From contig MU058584.1 in assembly GCA_013265495.1 (NCBI GenBank), positions 2,022,616 to 2,060,665 on the forward strand: a stretch of 38,050 bases of DNA, read 5' to 3'. This document shows positions 21,755 through 34,320 of the stretch, one piece after another. Numbering within the stretch: the first letter of the stretch is position 1; every line of letters begins with the position of its first letter. Origin of the DNA: Vicugna vicugna. Lineage: Eukaryota. The notes below the pieces were generated by a model, which searched no databases, was not told where the DNA came from, and saw only the letters and a program-made list of their open reading frames with translations. The position numbers were made by a program, and so were the translations under genes.

Positions 21755-22617
21755 GTTTATCTCTTTTCTCACTCAGTACTTCCTGCTACCAAAATAGGAG
21801 CAGGGGAAGGGGATTTCTCACACCATCAATTCTCCAACACTCCACACACCCACTGGGTGTCCTACAGTCCAATTCAATTCATTTCTAATACTATCTACCT
21901 GGAGTTAGCATCAGATCCCACAAAGTTAAGAGCTCCTACAAACTGCTTCCTTAACTTCAGACACCAATCACAAGTCTCAAGCTACAAATTAGGGTTCCCA
22001 TGATGCCCTCCTTGGATTTGATAGTTTGCTAGAACAGCTCATGGAACTCAGGAACACAGTTTACTTACTAGATCACTGGCTTGTTATAAAAAGATACAAC
22101 TCGAGAACAGTTAGATGGAAGAGATGCACAGAACAAGATACGTGAGAAGGTGTGCAGAGATTCAGTGCTCTCTTAAGATGCACCGCACTCCAAGTGCCTC
22201 CATGGGTTCACCCTCTCTAGGAAGCTCTCCAAACCTTTAGGTTAGGGTTTTCATAGAGGCTTCCTTATGTAGCCATGATTGATTAAATCATTGTAATCTG
22301 TGATTAAGTCAGTCTCTTGCCCTTCTCCTCTCTGGAGGTAAGAGGCGGAGCTGAAAATTCAAACCCTCTAATCCAGGGTTGGTTTCTCTGGCAACAAACC
22401 CCCTTCCATCCTTAGGGGCTTTCCAAAAGTTGCCTCATTAATATAAATTTAGGTGTGGTTGAAATAGGCTTGTTATGAATAACAAAAGACTTACCTTTCA
22501 CCTATTTTCCACTTTCACTTTTATCACTCTTATCGCTTGGGAAAATACAAGGGCTTTAGGAGTTCTGCGTCAGAAAAGGAACAAAGACCAAATATATATT
22601 TCTCATGACAAATCACA
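21755..22617 (-). mobile_element. MER21-family solo LTR
   Basis: cctggagttagcatcagatcccaca...aaagaccaaatatatatttct...tcaca; homologous over its length to 24207-25121. Confidence 0.85.
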
Positions 22618-23459
22618 ATTTCCCAGAAATCATATAGGAAAATTCCTATGGGAGGATGTAAAATTCCAGATCGGAAGGGTCTAATAAATGCCCAGGACAA
22701 CGAATGAATAACAATATAATAGGAAATTAATATGTAAAATCTTAGTTGAAAATAAAAATCCAGTATCTTAAGTACAAGAATGCTATCTGGAAATATGTAA
22801 GTATAAAAAACAATTTCAGAAGGAACAACTAACATTGCTTATTATCATTGCTTTTTTGGAAGTGCAATTCTGGTAGAAAGAGAAAGAGGATTACTGCCCT
22901 TGGTTAAAAGCCTTGAAGTACAATTTGATATTTAAAACTATGTGTGTATATTACTTTGATTTTTTTTAAAAAGAAGAATTAAATATAAAAAAGTACAACT
23001 CAGTTAAGACATGACGCCCTTATTTCAAGGAGCCCTTCCAGAAAGTTGATGGAATTTCAAATATATGTTTGCGTTCAAATGCAGTAATCACCTTGCCAGT
23101 CTCTGGGTGGCAGTGTTTTTAATAGCACGCCTCTCAGGGAACTCTAGAAATATGCCAGTTTTGATAACCTTCATCAGTTGCGTAGCCCATTACTAGTAAG
23201 TTGCCCTTAAGTGTTTATAGAAATGCACCTTTATGGAAGCGCATGTTGTTCGGCTGGAAGAACTAAGGAAGTGTCTTGCCTTTTTGGTTCACTCCTTGGT
23301 CCATCAGGAAGACTCTTGGAGCCCATGATTCATAATTTGAGTACGAAGTGCCTCTTGCCTATTTACGAAGTGGCCCTTCATACTTTGAGTATGAGGTTGA
23401 GTGTGAGGTGCCTCCTCCTAAAAATCTCAGGTTTTTCAGAGATTCTAAGAATTTACCTA

Positions 23460-23530
23460 ACCATTCATTAAACATGTATTGAAGTACATTGTAAGGCAGA
23501 CATTTTGCTAGATGCTGAAGGTAATAGATA
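23460..23530 (-). mobile_element. LINE-2 3' tail fragment
   Basis: cattcattaaacatgtattgaagtac...aggcagacattttgctagatgctg. Confidence 0.6.
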
Positions 23531-23730
23531 TTAGAATTTACTAGTACAACCAGTGTGTCCCTGGGATTTCAGTGAATCTAGTCTTGAATTAATTTCTCCA
23601 AATTGATGCAGATATCTGAGATATTTCCAGGTTGTGGTGAAAACTCTGTGTGTCAAAGGAAACAGGGCAGGTTTGAAGTGTCCCACCATTTGGGACTTAA
23701 AAAAAACAGAGTCCTTCAACAGACGGGACT

Positions 23731-25197
23731 TGTGACAGATCCTGTTAGTCATCAATCCATATCCACTCTCACCATTCACTTCTTCCTTATTAAGAGAACT
23801 CTGACTTTGTGGTCACAATGGACTAGTGCCAGGAGATGGACTGTAATTTGCTTAGCCAATGGGACAATTGTATTTCAGACTTTCGAACCTCCCTTTCAGC
23901 TAAGGGTGGTCACGTGACCAGTTCTGACCAACGACATTAAGCTGAAGTTTGCTGGGGGAGTTTCTAGGAAAGCTTCTGTCTTACTACTAAAGGCAGACAG
24001 AAATGACTGATAACTGGTGGTTCCTCTGCTCTTTCTGCCTCCACATGGATGTAAAGACTGGAGCTCTGGCAGCTGTCTTATAATAAGAACCAGCACGCGA
24101 GGACTAGTTGAGCAGAAATACAGAAGGGTCTCTCTGCAGAAGGGCATCAGTGAGTACTGGACTTATAGGCAGCAACTGTCTTTCTTTGATTTGATTTTTA
24201 CCTAAGTGTTAAGATCTGTTTCTACCCACAGACCACTTCTGACACCAAATATGTGAGAGGTTTTTCTTTTACCAACCAATTCTCAGACACTAGCTGGGTT
24301 TCCTACAATTTAATTCATTCTGAAACTATCTGCCTGGAGTTAGCATCAGATCCCACAAGTTAATGTGTCGGTTCCATGAGACTGCCCTCACTTCAGACAT
24401 CAATTGTCACCTCAGGCCTCCCATACTTCTGACTGTCCAGCTGTAAACCGAGAGTTCCCACAATCCCGCCTTAGGTTTGATAATTTGCTAGAATGACTGA
24501 CAAAACTCATGAAGACACTTCACTTACTATTACTGGCTTATAAAGGCTACAACTCAGGAACAGCCAAACGGAAGGGATGCATAAGGCAAACTATTACGGG
24601 AAGGAGTGCTCCAAGCTTCCGTGTCCTCTGTGGGTACTCCATCCTCTCAACACCAACATGTGTTCACCAACCTAGAAGTTCTCTGTTCCCAGTCTTTCAG
24701 GGTTTTAATGGAGGTTCCATTATGTAGGTGGGATTGATCAAATCATTGGCCCTTGGTGATTATCTCAATCTCCAGTCCCTCTCCCCTCCCTAGAGGTCAG
24801 GGGCGGGACTGGTATTTCCAGCCCTCTAATAAGGTTTGGTATTTCTGACAACCAGCTCCCATCCTGAGGCTACCTAGGATCACCAAAGCCACCAGTCATC
24901 TGACTAGCATACTAAAAGACACTCAGCTCTCTGGAGATTCTAAGGGTCTTAGAAGATCTTGTGTCACAGTGCGGTTGGGGGAGGGCACTAAGACCAAATA
25001 TTATAACAAAAGATGCTCCTATCACCTCTTCACTCAGGAAATTACAAGGGTTTTAGGAGCTCTGTGACAGGAAATGGAGCCAAAGACCAAATATATATTT
25101 CTTATATATCACAGTATCACAGTAAAAAAGATAAAATTTCTATTTATTTAAGCCACTCTTAGTTAGATTTTCTCTCACTTGCCTTCAAAGTGAAACA
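23731..25197 (+). mobile_element. MLT1 (J/K-like) MaLR LTR, split by MER21
   Basis: Starts tgtgacagatcctgttag; agctaagggtggtcacgtgaccagttctgaccaa...tttctaggaaagct; resumes at 25122 with ttatttaagccact...aaca. Confidence 0.75.
24207..25121 (-). mobile_element. MER21-family solo LTR, near full length
   Basis: TG...CA termini (tgttaag...agtatcaca); ggaaattacaagggttttaggagctctgtg...gaccaaatatatattt. Confidence 0.88.
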
Positions 25198-25619
25198 GGA
25201 TCTGAATCTCTTGTTTTATAAATGGGGAAATCCAGGCAAAGATAAATTAAGCAATGTAACAATGTAGTTAACGTCAGCACATCTTGTTGACGGCAGAAAT
25301 AGGAATGGAAAAACATAGGTATGTGCCAAACCTTAATATGAAGGAACAATGGGCTGAAAAATTTTATTCAATTGTCTCCATCATCCTTAGATTGTCTTAG
25401 TGTTCCATTTGATATTAGACTGAATATTATAATCTCTTGAAGAAAAACAAAGTTTCCCCATTGACACAAACTTATCAGAATGGAGAGTTAGTAGGATCTT
25501 TCAATCATCCTACCCCTCCCTGATTCTATCAGCATGTATTTATATGTCATTCTTTTAGGTAGCACTTTGTTTTTAAATTTAACTTGAGTCCAATGGACTT
25601 ACGGGTCTTATAGATGATT

Positions 25620-26180
25620 GCTTATAACAACACTTCAGGGCTGATATTGTAATACTTATTTTATGAAAGAAGAAACTGAGGTTCAGGGGTATAGTGCATT
25701 GAATTCTATCCCTAAAAAGCTATATTGAAGCCCTTACCTCTAGTGCCTACAAATGTGACTACTGGGAAAAAGGATCTTTGCATATATAATCACGGTCAGA
25801 TGACGTCATACTTGACTAGGGTGAGCCTAAATCCAATGACTGGAGAGGGAGATTTAAAGACACAGAGATGCTTACAGAATGAAGACAGCCAGCTGAAAAG
25901 GGAGGCAGAATTTAGACTGATGTAGCTACAAGCCAAGGAATGCCAAGGATTGCTGGCAACCTCCAAAAACTGGGAAGAGCCCAAGAAGGTTCTTCCCTGG
26001 ATCCCTCAGAAGGAGGACAGCCTTGCTAACACCTTGATTTTGAACTTCTAGCCTACAGAACAAAGAGAATAAATTTCTGCTGCCTTAAGCAACGTGGGTT
26101 ATGGTCATTTGTTATGGGAGCCATGGGAAATTAATACAAGGGGTTAAATTTTTTTTTTTCTATATAACACAACTGGGAAG
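25620..26180 (-). mobile_element. MIR SINE split by an MLT1 LTR
   Basis: attttatgaaagaagaaactgaggttcagggg | ttaaat...acacaactg rejoins across the LTR. Confidence 0.6.
25690..26138 (+). mobile_element. MLT1C/D-like MaLR solo LTR
   Basis: agccaaggaatgccaaggattgctggcaac...ccttgattttgaacttctagcct..agaataaatttctg...aattaataca. Exact 5-bp TSD agggg (25685-25689, 26139-26143). Confidence 0.92.
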
Positions 26181-26429
26181 GAGTGGGGCCCACATGACAG
26201 CATTTCATTTAATCTGTGCATTTGAAGTGATATCATTTTAACCCAGGGGTGGTGAGTTAAATGGCTAGGGAAGAGCCTAACTGCTCCAAATTCTTCATTT
26301 GTTCCTCAAAAGTCTTTTAAGTACTGATGCGCTCATAAGGGTACAAAGAAGAGCCTTCATGGAGCTCAGAATTTATTTTATGATTCTTGAGAGGCAGCCT
26401 AAGATGTCATCATCCCCTACTCTATTTGC

Positions 26430-27745
26430 CTTGATGTCCCTAGAAAACTTTTTTTTCCCCTAGTTACAGATCTACTTTAGCTCTTGTCTTCTTTCAGTGG
26501 TTTACAATGATCATTCCCATCTCTTGGCTTCAAATGCTTCTGTAAGAAGTTAGCTGTCAGTCTTATTGTAGAAAGTGATGTCTGTGTTTTCTCTGTTCTT
26601 GAGATTTTTCTTTTCCACTGGCTTTTAGCAGTTACATATACTATCATGCACCTATGCGTGGTTTTCTTTTCATTTATCGTCCTTGGAATTCAGAAGGATT
26701 CTTGAATTTTTGGCTTGATGCCTCACATTGGCTTTGGAAAACTCCAGCCAATTTCTTTCCAGATACTGCTATTGACCTAATTTATCTCTCGTCTCTTTCT
26801 AAGACTCCAATTACATGTATATTAGTTCTGTCCTTGTGTTCCATTTAATTCATACGCTCTTTTCTATAATATCCTTCTTTTTTCTTTCTCTGCTTCAGTC
26901 CACTGACTTATCTCCTGGGTTATAGACCTCTCTTCAGCGACATATCCTTTGCTGGTAAATTTGTGAATTACATTCTTTATTTTAGTTATTAGATTGCTCA
27001 ATTCTAGAATTTCTATTTGTCTGTAGGTTACAATTCTCTATTGAATTTCTCCATATTTTTTTCTATTATTCTTGAACATATAAATCACACATTTTAAAGT
27101 CCGCCTGCAATAATTCTAATATCTGGACCTCCTATGTGGGTCTGATATGTGTCTATTTTTTTTTCTCTTAGCTTTTGTTCATATTTACCAGTATGCCTAT
27201 TAAATTTGTTTAGTAATGGATAAGTGTTGCATATGAAAAACCGTAGACATAATTTGAGTTTCAGATTGAAGTTAGATGCTTTTACTTTTACTTCTGAGAG
27301 GCAAATAGGCAGAGTCATCAATCTAACCTAGTCTGTAATTGTGCTAATTAGAATCTGGATTTTAGGTTTTCTGAGAGCTTTTCTGTTTTTTGGTTTACCT
27401 CTATTCCTAACACAGCACCGAGGCATATACGAAAATCCATCCTTCTTAGGGGGCCTGAACTAAAATTTTTTTTAATCTCCCTAAAACTGTGAGACTGTTT
27501 ATGCAGTTGCTAAGCCTCTTGGCAGCCTCTTAAAAATCAGCAAATGACTCAAAAGGAAGAACAGAGCTTAAAGCTAGGTTTACCTCTCTGAACTTCTCTT
27601 GTCTCTTGGACCATAGGCCCTTAGATCTTCACTCAGTGGTTCTCAGATGCCTTCAAACAGGGCTTTTGATTTAACCCTTTCTAGTTGTTGTCGTCAGAAA
27701 TGTTTGTCAGACACAAGCTGGTCTGCTATACCTGGAAATGGAAAT
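26430..27745 (-). mobile_element. Ancient L1M ORF1/5' region
   Basis: gaagttagctgtcagtcttattg...tttggaaaactccagcca...gactccaattacatgtatattag...ttctagaatttctatttg, antisense L1M ORF1-like. Confidence 0.7.
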
Positions 27746-28789
27746 GCAGAACGGCTTGCTTTTTGTAGCTTTGGAGAATTGAGCTTGACGGGTCTTGTTC
27801 TATAGTAAAAAGAAACAAATTTCAGTTTTTCTGTTCATACATAAGCCCCCATTGCAAAGCGTGAGCTTCTACTTGTTTACACAGGATGACAGAGGTGTCA
27901 CCTCCATATGTGAGGCAGCAAGGTGTGATGTGTGCAGGTATCACAGCTCTGCTCTGTGCTTCATTCCTGATGCGTCCAGACAAGAAGACTAGATCTAACA
28001 GAGTCATGAATTAATGTTCCCTCTCTACCCTCTGTCCTATTTGGCAAGTAATATCTTACTTTCAGTTACATCACAGTTTGGGAAAGTGTCAGATAAAACA
28101 ACCCTTTAATCCCAACTAATGTAAGTTATTAATACTGATCTAAGAAAGATAGTTGTTATTAACATATATTTGATATTGACTTTATAAAATGTGATGCAGG
28201 GAAGAGAAACATAAAAATTTCCATCATTTTGTATCATTACTTAATCTATTAAACTATTTTATGCTGTCTTGAAATTTGTCGAAATCCAAAGTGCTAATTC
28301 AGGAATGTCAAGTTCATTGATTTTAATGTACTTTTACCTACATATAAATATAAAGGGAGTATTTCAGATAATTAGTTATATAATTGAATTCTACTGACTT
28401 TTAATTTTAAAATACTCCATTAAAGCAATTTCAAAAAAGGTAACTTTGAATAGAATTTGTGAGCTAGGAAGAATCTTAGGTGTCTTTGTAGTCCAACTCT
28501 TTTCTGAAACACAAATTCCTTCTCTAAAAAAATAACTGTCTGAAAACATTTTACTTTGTATATGAAAACATAGATTCAACTTGATATTAATGAGAAGAAA
28601 TAAGCAAGAACAAAAGAGAAAAATCTGTAAGTGAACTCTCCCCTTCCTTTCCTCTTTCCTAAATCTATTGAGACATTTCCAGTCATCCAGGCACTGAAGC
28701 TCCCCTCAAGGTACTCCCAGTCCACTGGCAGATACTTACTCATAAACAAAGGTTATCTGAATAATATGCAAGGGGCCCCAAATAATTAA

Positions 28790-30990
28790 TAATTAATTTT
28801 GCCTAGGGAAGTCAGAAAGGAATTTGAGCTGGGGTTAGCCAATGGAAAGAGGAAGATACTTCTGGGAGAGCACCTACTGTTTTATAGGATTATTTGCACA
28901 CTTGGGAGGCAGAAGTTCAGTGTAGAAGCAATAACAGGAAGTAGGGCTAGAAATTGTGAAAGTCCTAATGTGCCATGCAAAGGAATTTGAACACTCTCCA
29001 AACATGAAGCTTCTAAACGTCCCAGAGCAACGGAGTAACACAATAAATTTTGGTTTTCAGGAATATGGTCTAGCCAGAATTTTTTAAAATTGAATTATAG
29101 TCAGTCTACAATGTTGTGTTAGTTGCTGGTGTACAATATAGTGGTTCAGTTATATATGTATAACTTTTTCATTATAAGCCATTGCAAGGTATTGAATATA
29201 ATTCCCTGTGCTATATAATAAGACCTTGTTTATCTATTTTATATATAGTAGTTAGTATCTGCAAATTCCAAACTCCCACTTTATCCCTCCACCCTCCCCT
29301 TTACCCCCTGATAACCTTAAGTTTATTTTCTATGTCTGTGAGTCTGTTTCTGTTTTTTAAATAAGTTCATTTGTGTCTTTTTTTTTTTGATTCCACATAT
29401 GAGTGATATCATATGGTATTTTTCTTTATCTTTCTAGCTTGCTTCACTTAGAATGACATTTTCCAGGGCCATCTGGGTTGCTGCAAATGGCTTTATTTTA
29501 TTCTTTTTTATGGCTGAGTAGTATTCCATTGTGTAAATATACCACAGCTTCTTTATCCAGTCATCTATTGATGGACATTTAAGTTGCTTCTATGTCTTGG
29601 CTATTGTAAATAGTGCTGTTATGAATATTGGGGTGCATGTGTCTTTTTGAATTAGAGTTCCCCCTGGATATATGCTCAGAAGTGGAATTGCTGGATTGTG
29701 TGGTAAAAGTCTATTTTAAGTTTTTAAAGAAATCTCCATACTGTTTTCCATAATGGCTGCACCAAACTATAGTCCCACCAACAGTGCAGGAAGCTTCCCT
29801 TTTCTCCACACCCTCTCCAGCATTTATCATTTGTGGACTTTTTAATGATGGCCACTCTGACTGGTGTGAGGAGATACCTTATTATAATTTTGATTTGCAT
29901 TTCTCTAATAATTAGCAATATTGAGCATTTTTTCATATGTCTATTGGCCATTTGTATGTCTTCACTGGAGAATTGCTTGTTTAGGTCTTCTGCCCATTTT
30001 TGAATTGGGTTTTTTGTTGTTGTTGTTATTGAGTTGTATGAGCTGTTTGTATATTCTGGAAATCAGGCCCTTGTCAGTTGTATCATTTGCAAATATTTTC
30101 TCCCATTCTGCAGGTTGTCTTTTTGTTTTGTTTTATAGTTCTCTTTTCTGTGCAAAAGCTTGTAAGTTTAATTAGGTCCCATTTGCTTATTTTTGCTTTT
30201 ATTTCTATTGCCTGGGTAGACTGCCTTAGGAGAACATTGCTAAGATTTATGGCAGAGAATGTTTTGCTTATGTTTTCTTCTAAGACGTTTATAGTGTTTT
30301 GTCTTATGTTTAAGTCCTTAAGCCATTTCAAGTTTATTTTTGTGTGTGGTGTGAGGGAGTGTTCTAGCTTCATTGATCTATATGCAGCTGTCCAGTTTTC
30401 CTAATACCATTTTCTGAAGAGGCTGTCTTTTCTCTATTGTATACTCTTACTTCTTTTGTCAAAGATTAATTGACTATAGGTCTGTGGGTTTATTTCTTGT
30501 CTCTCTACTCTGTTCCATTGATTCATATGTCTGCTTTTGTGCCAATACCACACTATTTTGATTACCATAGCTCTGTAGTATTGTTGGAAGTCTGGGAGGA
30601 TTATTCCTCCAGCTTCATTCTTTTTGTTCAATATTGCTTTCAATCTTGCCAGAATTTTAGATTGAAGACATGGGGACAGACAGTTGGATAGGGAATTGAT
30701 ACATTTGTCTAGATGAGAGACAAAGATGTTCTGAGCAGTGATTTATAATTATCTTCATACATACATAGCCTCATTCACATACACAGAAGGGTCTGTGTTA
30801 AAGACATGCTCAAGGGGCTTTGGTAGTCAAGTGGCTATGGAACAGAAAGAGAAGAAAGCACTTTTTGGCTAAGGAGAATGGGTAGATGATGCCCTTAGAC
30901 AAGAAATAGATAAGGAGGAAGTACAAGAGGAGAATGTTGCGTTCAATCAACTTCTAGTTGACTTATCAGTGTGACATTCTGAGGAACGTT
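28790..30990 (-). mobile_element. LINE-2 fragments flanking a younger L1
   Basis: gtgccatgcaaaggaatttgaac...ttttcaggaatatggtct before, and gtctagatgagaga...gggtagatgatgccc after, the L1 at 29084-30643. Confidence 0.5.
29084..30643 (-). mobile_element. 5'-truncated L1 (ORF2 C-terminus plus 3' UTR)
   Basis: ORF track: [65 protein letters not shown] tctagccagaatttt (29069-29083) / tcttgccagaatttt (30644-30658). Confidence 0.96.
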
Positions 30991-31289
30991 TAAATTGGTG
31001 GACATGTATAGAATGGCTTACCAATACTTCCTTTCTCCTGAAATCGCCTTCCCCATCAAATAGATACTGCAAGATTTTCCTTGCTTTTACGTGATTCCCA
31101 TTCCTCGCCCACCCACAATGTCCAACCAGAGTTGTTGATCCAGGGAGAAGCAATAGATTCAATAATATCTTTGTTCTTTGAGAAAATTGCTTCTTTCTTT
31201 CTTCTCTGTCACTTACATTGTTAGCATCAGTTTGTACCTTTGTGACCAATTTCAGTGGCTATGTTGACTAAGATGGTATTTGGCTACCT

Positions 31290-31766
31290 GTGTCAGTAAA
31301 CCAGTTACAATGACTTCAGAAAAGACGGAATTTTTTTTTAATCTTCCAGAGGTATGCAGTCAAGGACCAGTGTGACTTTGAAGGAATCATTAAGGATCCA
31401 GGTCATCTCTAGTTTCCTCTTCTACCATCCATAGCAATACCTTTCATCCTCATGGTCTAAAAATGACTATTTTACCTTTAGGTATTACATCTATGCCCAG
31501 GCAATAAATAAGAAAGGGCAAAAGGTATGAGGATGCTAAGTTGTCCAATTTTAGCATTAAAAAAAAATCTCTCCCAGAAGTTCAACTCAAGAATTTTATT
31601 CTTATATCTCATCGCCCAGAACTGTGACACATGACCACACCTAAGTGCAAAGAGGCCTGAGAGATTCAGTTATTTATGGGGTACGTTGCTGTCGAAATAA
31701 ATTGTGATTTGTGAGTAAGGAAGAATGTATATTGGGGCATATAACTAGCTGAGTGTGCCCGTCACA
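31290..31766 (-). mobile_element. MLT1J-like MaLR LTR
   Basis: tcatcctcatggtc...ccagaactgtgacacatgaccacacctaagtgcaaagaggcctgaga...tattgggg...gtcaca. Confidence 0.75.
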
Positions 31767-31834
31767 TTTTCCTTTTAAATATAAAAAGTAAAATGTTTTC
31801 TTACAGGTCATAGTTTCTACTGATCTTTTTGATA

Positions 31835-32147
31835 CACTGTCCTCTCTCAGTATCCACAAGTGATTGGTTCCAGGACCCCTGCAGATACCAAAAGCCATGG
31901 ATGCTCAAGTCCCTTATCTAAAATGGCATAGTATTCACATAAAACCTCTGCACAGCTTCCTGTATACTTTTAATCATCTCTAAGTTACGTATAATACCTA
32001 ATACAATGTAAATAGTTGTAAATGCCCTGTAAATAGTTGCTGGCAAGCAGCAAATTCAAGCTTTGCTTTTTGAAGCTCTGGAATTTTTTTGATCTGCCGT
32101 TATTTGAATCCATGGGTGCGGAACCTGTGAATACACAGAGCTGACTG
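31835..32147 (+). mobile_element. MER2 (MER2B-like) TcMar-Tigger element
   Basis: gattggttccaggacccc..gataccaaaa..ggatgctcaagtccct...gaatcca..gcggaacc...gactg; preceded by TA. Confidence 0.92.
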
Positions 32148-32499
32148 GACAAGCACACTAAAGACAGAGGGAAAAAAAAGTGGAGGGATGCTGATGGAGG
32201 AGGGTTACCTGAGAATGAGTCTAACTTTTCTCCAGGTGTAAGTGAATTTCTAAGTTCTTTTTTCATCCTCCAACAGTTCCTTTTCTTAGGGAAAAGAAAA
32301 AAAGTGCTTAGGTTTCCAAAATAATACTGATCCAGAAAGGGTAGATTTGAGGAGATTAGAGCAGCCTGGATTGGTATTCCTGGAGCAAAGGGAGGTAGGC
32401 TAAATTTTACCTATTGACTCATTAAAGAAAGAATGAAGGATATTTGAAGTTAGCATGGACAATCAAAATGCCCTAAGCCAAGGATCCATCCTAATTCTT

Positions 32500-32998
32500 A
32501 ATTCCAAAAAGGTTCCCAATTCTTCACCAATCTCTTTGCAATGTGACTTCATAGATACTAACATCAAGAGATGGTGTAGGTGATGCCAATTTCCCGACTC
32601 TTGAATATGGGCTGCTCTTGGGACTTGCTTCGGTCAATGGAATGCTGTAGATGTTTGCCAGTTCCAAGCTCAGGTCTCAAAAGACATTGTGCACTTTCAC
32701 TTTCTCCTTCTGAACCCTGGAGACCATGTAAGCAAGTCTGAGCTAGACCGATGGATGACAAAAAAATCAGTGCCATTGCCCCTGACCATGGCAAACCAAC
32801 CAACGGATGTCTGAGAGAGGCTGCCTTAGACCAGGCAAGTCCCAACCAACCTTCCAGCTGTTGTAATAAGTCCAGCTATGTTCAGCCAATCTTGACCCAG
32901 TTCAGATCTGCAGAGTTGTGAGCAATAACAAATAATTATGGTTTATTTGCCACTACTGCTTTTGAGATGGTTTGATATACAACAATAAATAATCAATA
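32500..32998 (+). mobile_element. MLT1 (G/H-like) MaLR LTR
   Basis: ctttgcaatgtgactt..catcaagagatgg...cttgaatatgggctg..gacttgcttcggtcaat...tgcagagttgtgagc. Confidence 0.72.
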
Positions 32999-33309
32999 TT
33001 TGGAAGATTGGGATCCCCTAAAATAAATCTTCCTTTTGGAAACTTTACAACTATCTCAAGAGTTTACACTTATATTTTATTTATCTTGTACATAAATTGC
33101 TTTAGTCATATCTGAATGGGAATAGTCTCAAGTGAAAGACAACTTGATTGGGGGCATACAAATGAGAAAATATTCATGCAAGTCACTGGGTTGCTTTCTG
33201 GAAGGACTGTGAGATTCGGAAACTATGGAGGAAAGCATGACATTACTAGTGGCCTCCAAGGCAGGAAAGGGCCAAGGAAAATGAGATGGCTTTGGGAGAA
33301 ACTACCCAA

Positions 33310-33510
33310 AAATAATAGTATGTTAGAAAATTAGTCGTTTATTGAGCATCTATTTTCTATTCTAAATGCTTAACATTCATCATGATCTGACTGCAGCATA
33401 ACCACACTCTTTAAAGTTGTGAAAGTGAGGCTTTAGATAAGTTGTCTTACTTGGTCGAACTGGTGAGTTTCAGAGCCAGAGTCTGCTTCACCTTTAAGCA
33501 CGGGGCTCTG
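33310..33510 (-). mobile_element. MIR SINE, decayed
   Basis: tttattgagcatcta...gaaagtgaggctt...ctggtgagtttcagagccag. Confidence 0.5.
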
Positions 33511-33794
33511 CCTTTTATCTTGTACGTGTGCCTAGGATTCTGATGGTGGAAGGTCTTTCCTGCACTCTGACCGTATATGATAAATATTTGAGTTTCAGGA
33601 CTTTTTGCTATGCTGTCAACCTCAGTTTGTAAGAGTTCGTCCTCAGCATAGGCTGGTTTTAAGTCTAAGGTCTTCTAATTCTTCCATGACCCCTCCCTTT
33701 TGTAGATGGAGAAGATAAAGGAAAGGGGGAAAAAAGTGAGTTGCTTCTGACACTTTTCTCAGCAAGATCATCAGCATAACGCACAGGGGCACCT

Positions 33795-33822
33795 ACACAC
33801 AAACACACACACACACACACAC
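33795..33822. repeat. (CA)n microsatellite
   Basis: acacacaaacacacacacacacacacac. Confidence 0.95.
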
Positions 33823-33924
33823 TTTGAGACTGCTGGCCTTGATTTTGCCATATATGTTCTTTCAGCAAATTTTGGTAATCTTCACTCCTGGTAAATATGC
33901 TGTGGTGGATAAAGTATACGCTTT

Positions 33925-33993
33925 GGGACACTGTATGTTGAGCCTTAGTTTCCTCATCTGTAAACTGGGAATGATAGTATTTACCTGACAGGG
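33925..33993 (+). mobile_element. MIR core fragment
   Basis: tgagccttagtttcctcatctgtaaactgggaatgatagta. Confidence 0.8.
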
Positions 33994-34320
33994 CATGCCT
34001 TCTCTATCCCAGCAAGTGGCAACGCCACTTATTTAATTGGTCCAGCCAAAATCCAGTTGTGAGTTTTGACTCCTTGTCCTCCTCCTCCATCCCACACTCC
34101 AGCCTCTAGTGAGTCTTGTTGACTTGACCTCCAGAAAGCATGCTGAATCTAATCATTGTGCACCGTGCCCCGCTCTATTGTCCTGGTCCACACAACGGCA
34201 ACACTTTCACAAGCAGTCTGCTTTCACGTATCTTATCCCCACTGCCACCCTGGCAAAACCTTCTCTGTGCTGCAGCAAGCAATGCTTTTAGAGCCAAAGT
34301 CAGATGATCTTGTTCTCCTG

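Larger units (their letters stand above)
21230..22975 (+). mobile_element. HAL1-like element (ORF1-like region and 3' end), interrupted by SINEs and an LTR
   Basis: gaattcttaggaattaaaaat...gaaatctcccaag...agttccataaaaagagaacag, resuming aatttcccagaa...ttccagatcggaagggt; 3' end aagccttgaagtacaatttga...aactatgtgtgtatattactttgat. Confidence 0.65.

Noticed and set aside
23078..23117. CTCF site (tgcagta...tctctgggtggcag)
   Set aside because: Mismatches at key core positions, and the upstream motif spacing is off.
21755..25121. Two MER21 LTRs as the ends of one provirus
   Set aside because: The interval contains HAL1, L2 and MLT1 sequence rather than ERV internal sequence, and each LTR interrupts a different host element.
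30947..31290. 100-aa minus-strand ORF with two GTAAG donors as a spliced gene
   Set aside because: The would-be 76-nt intron ends in TG rather than AG, the upstream exon-like piece has stops in all three frames, the ORF has no ATG start, and I recognise no homolog.
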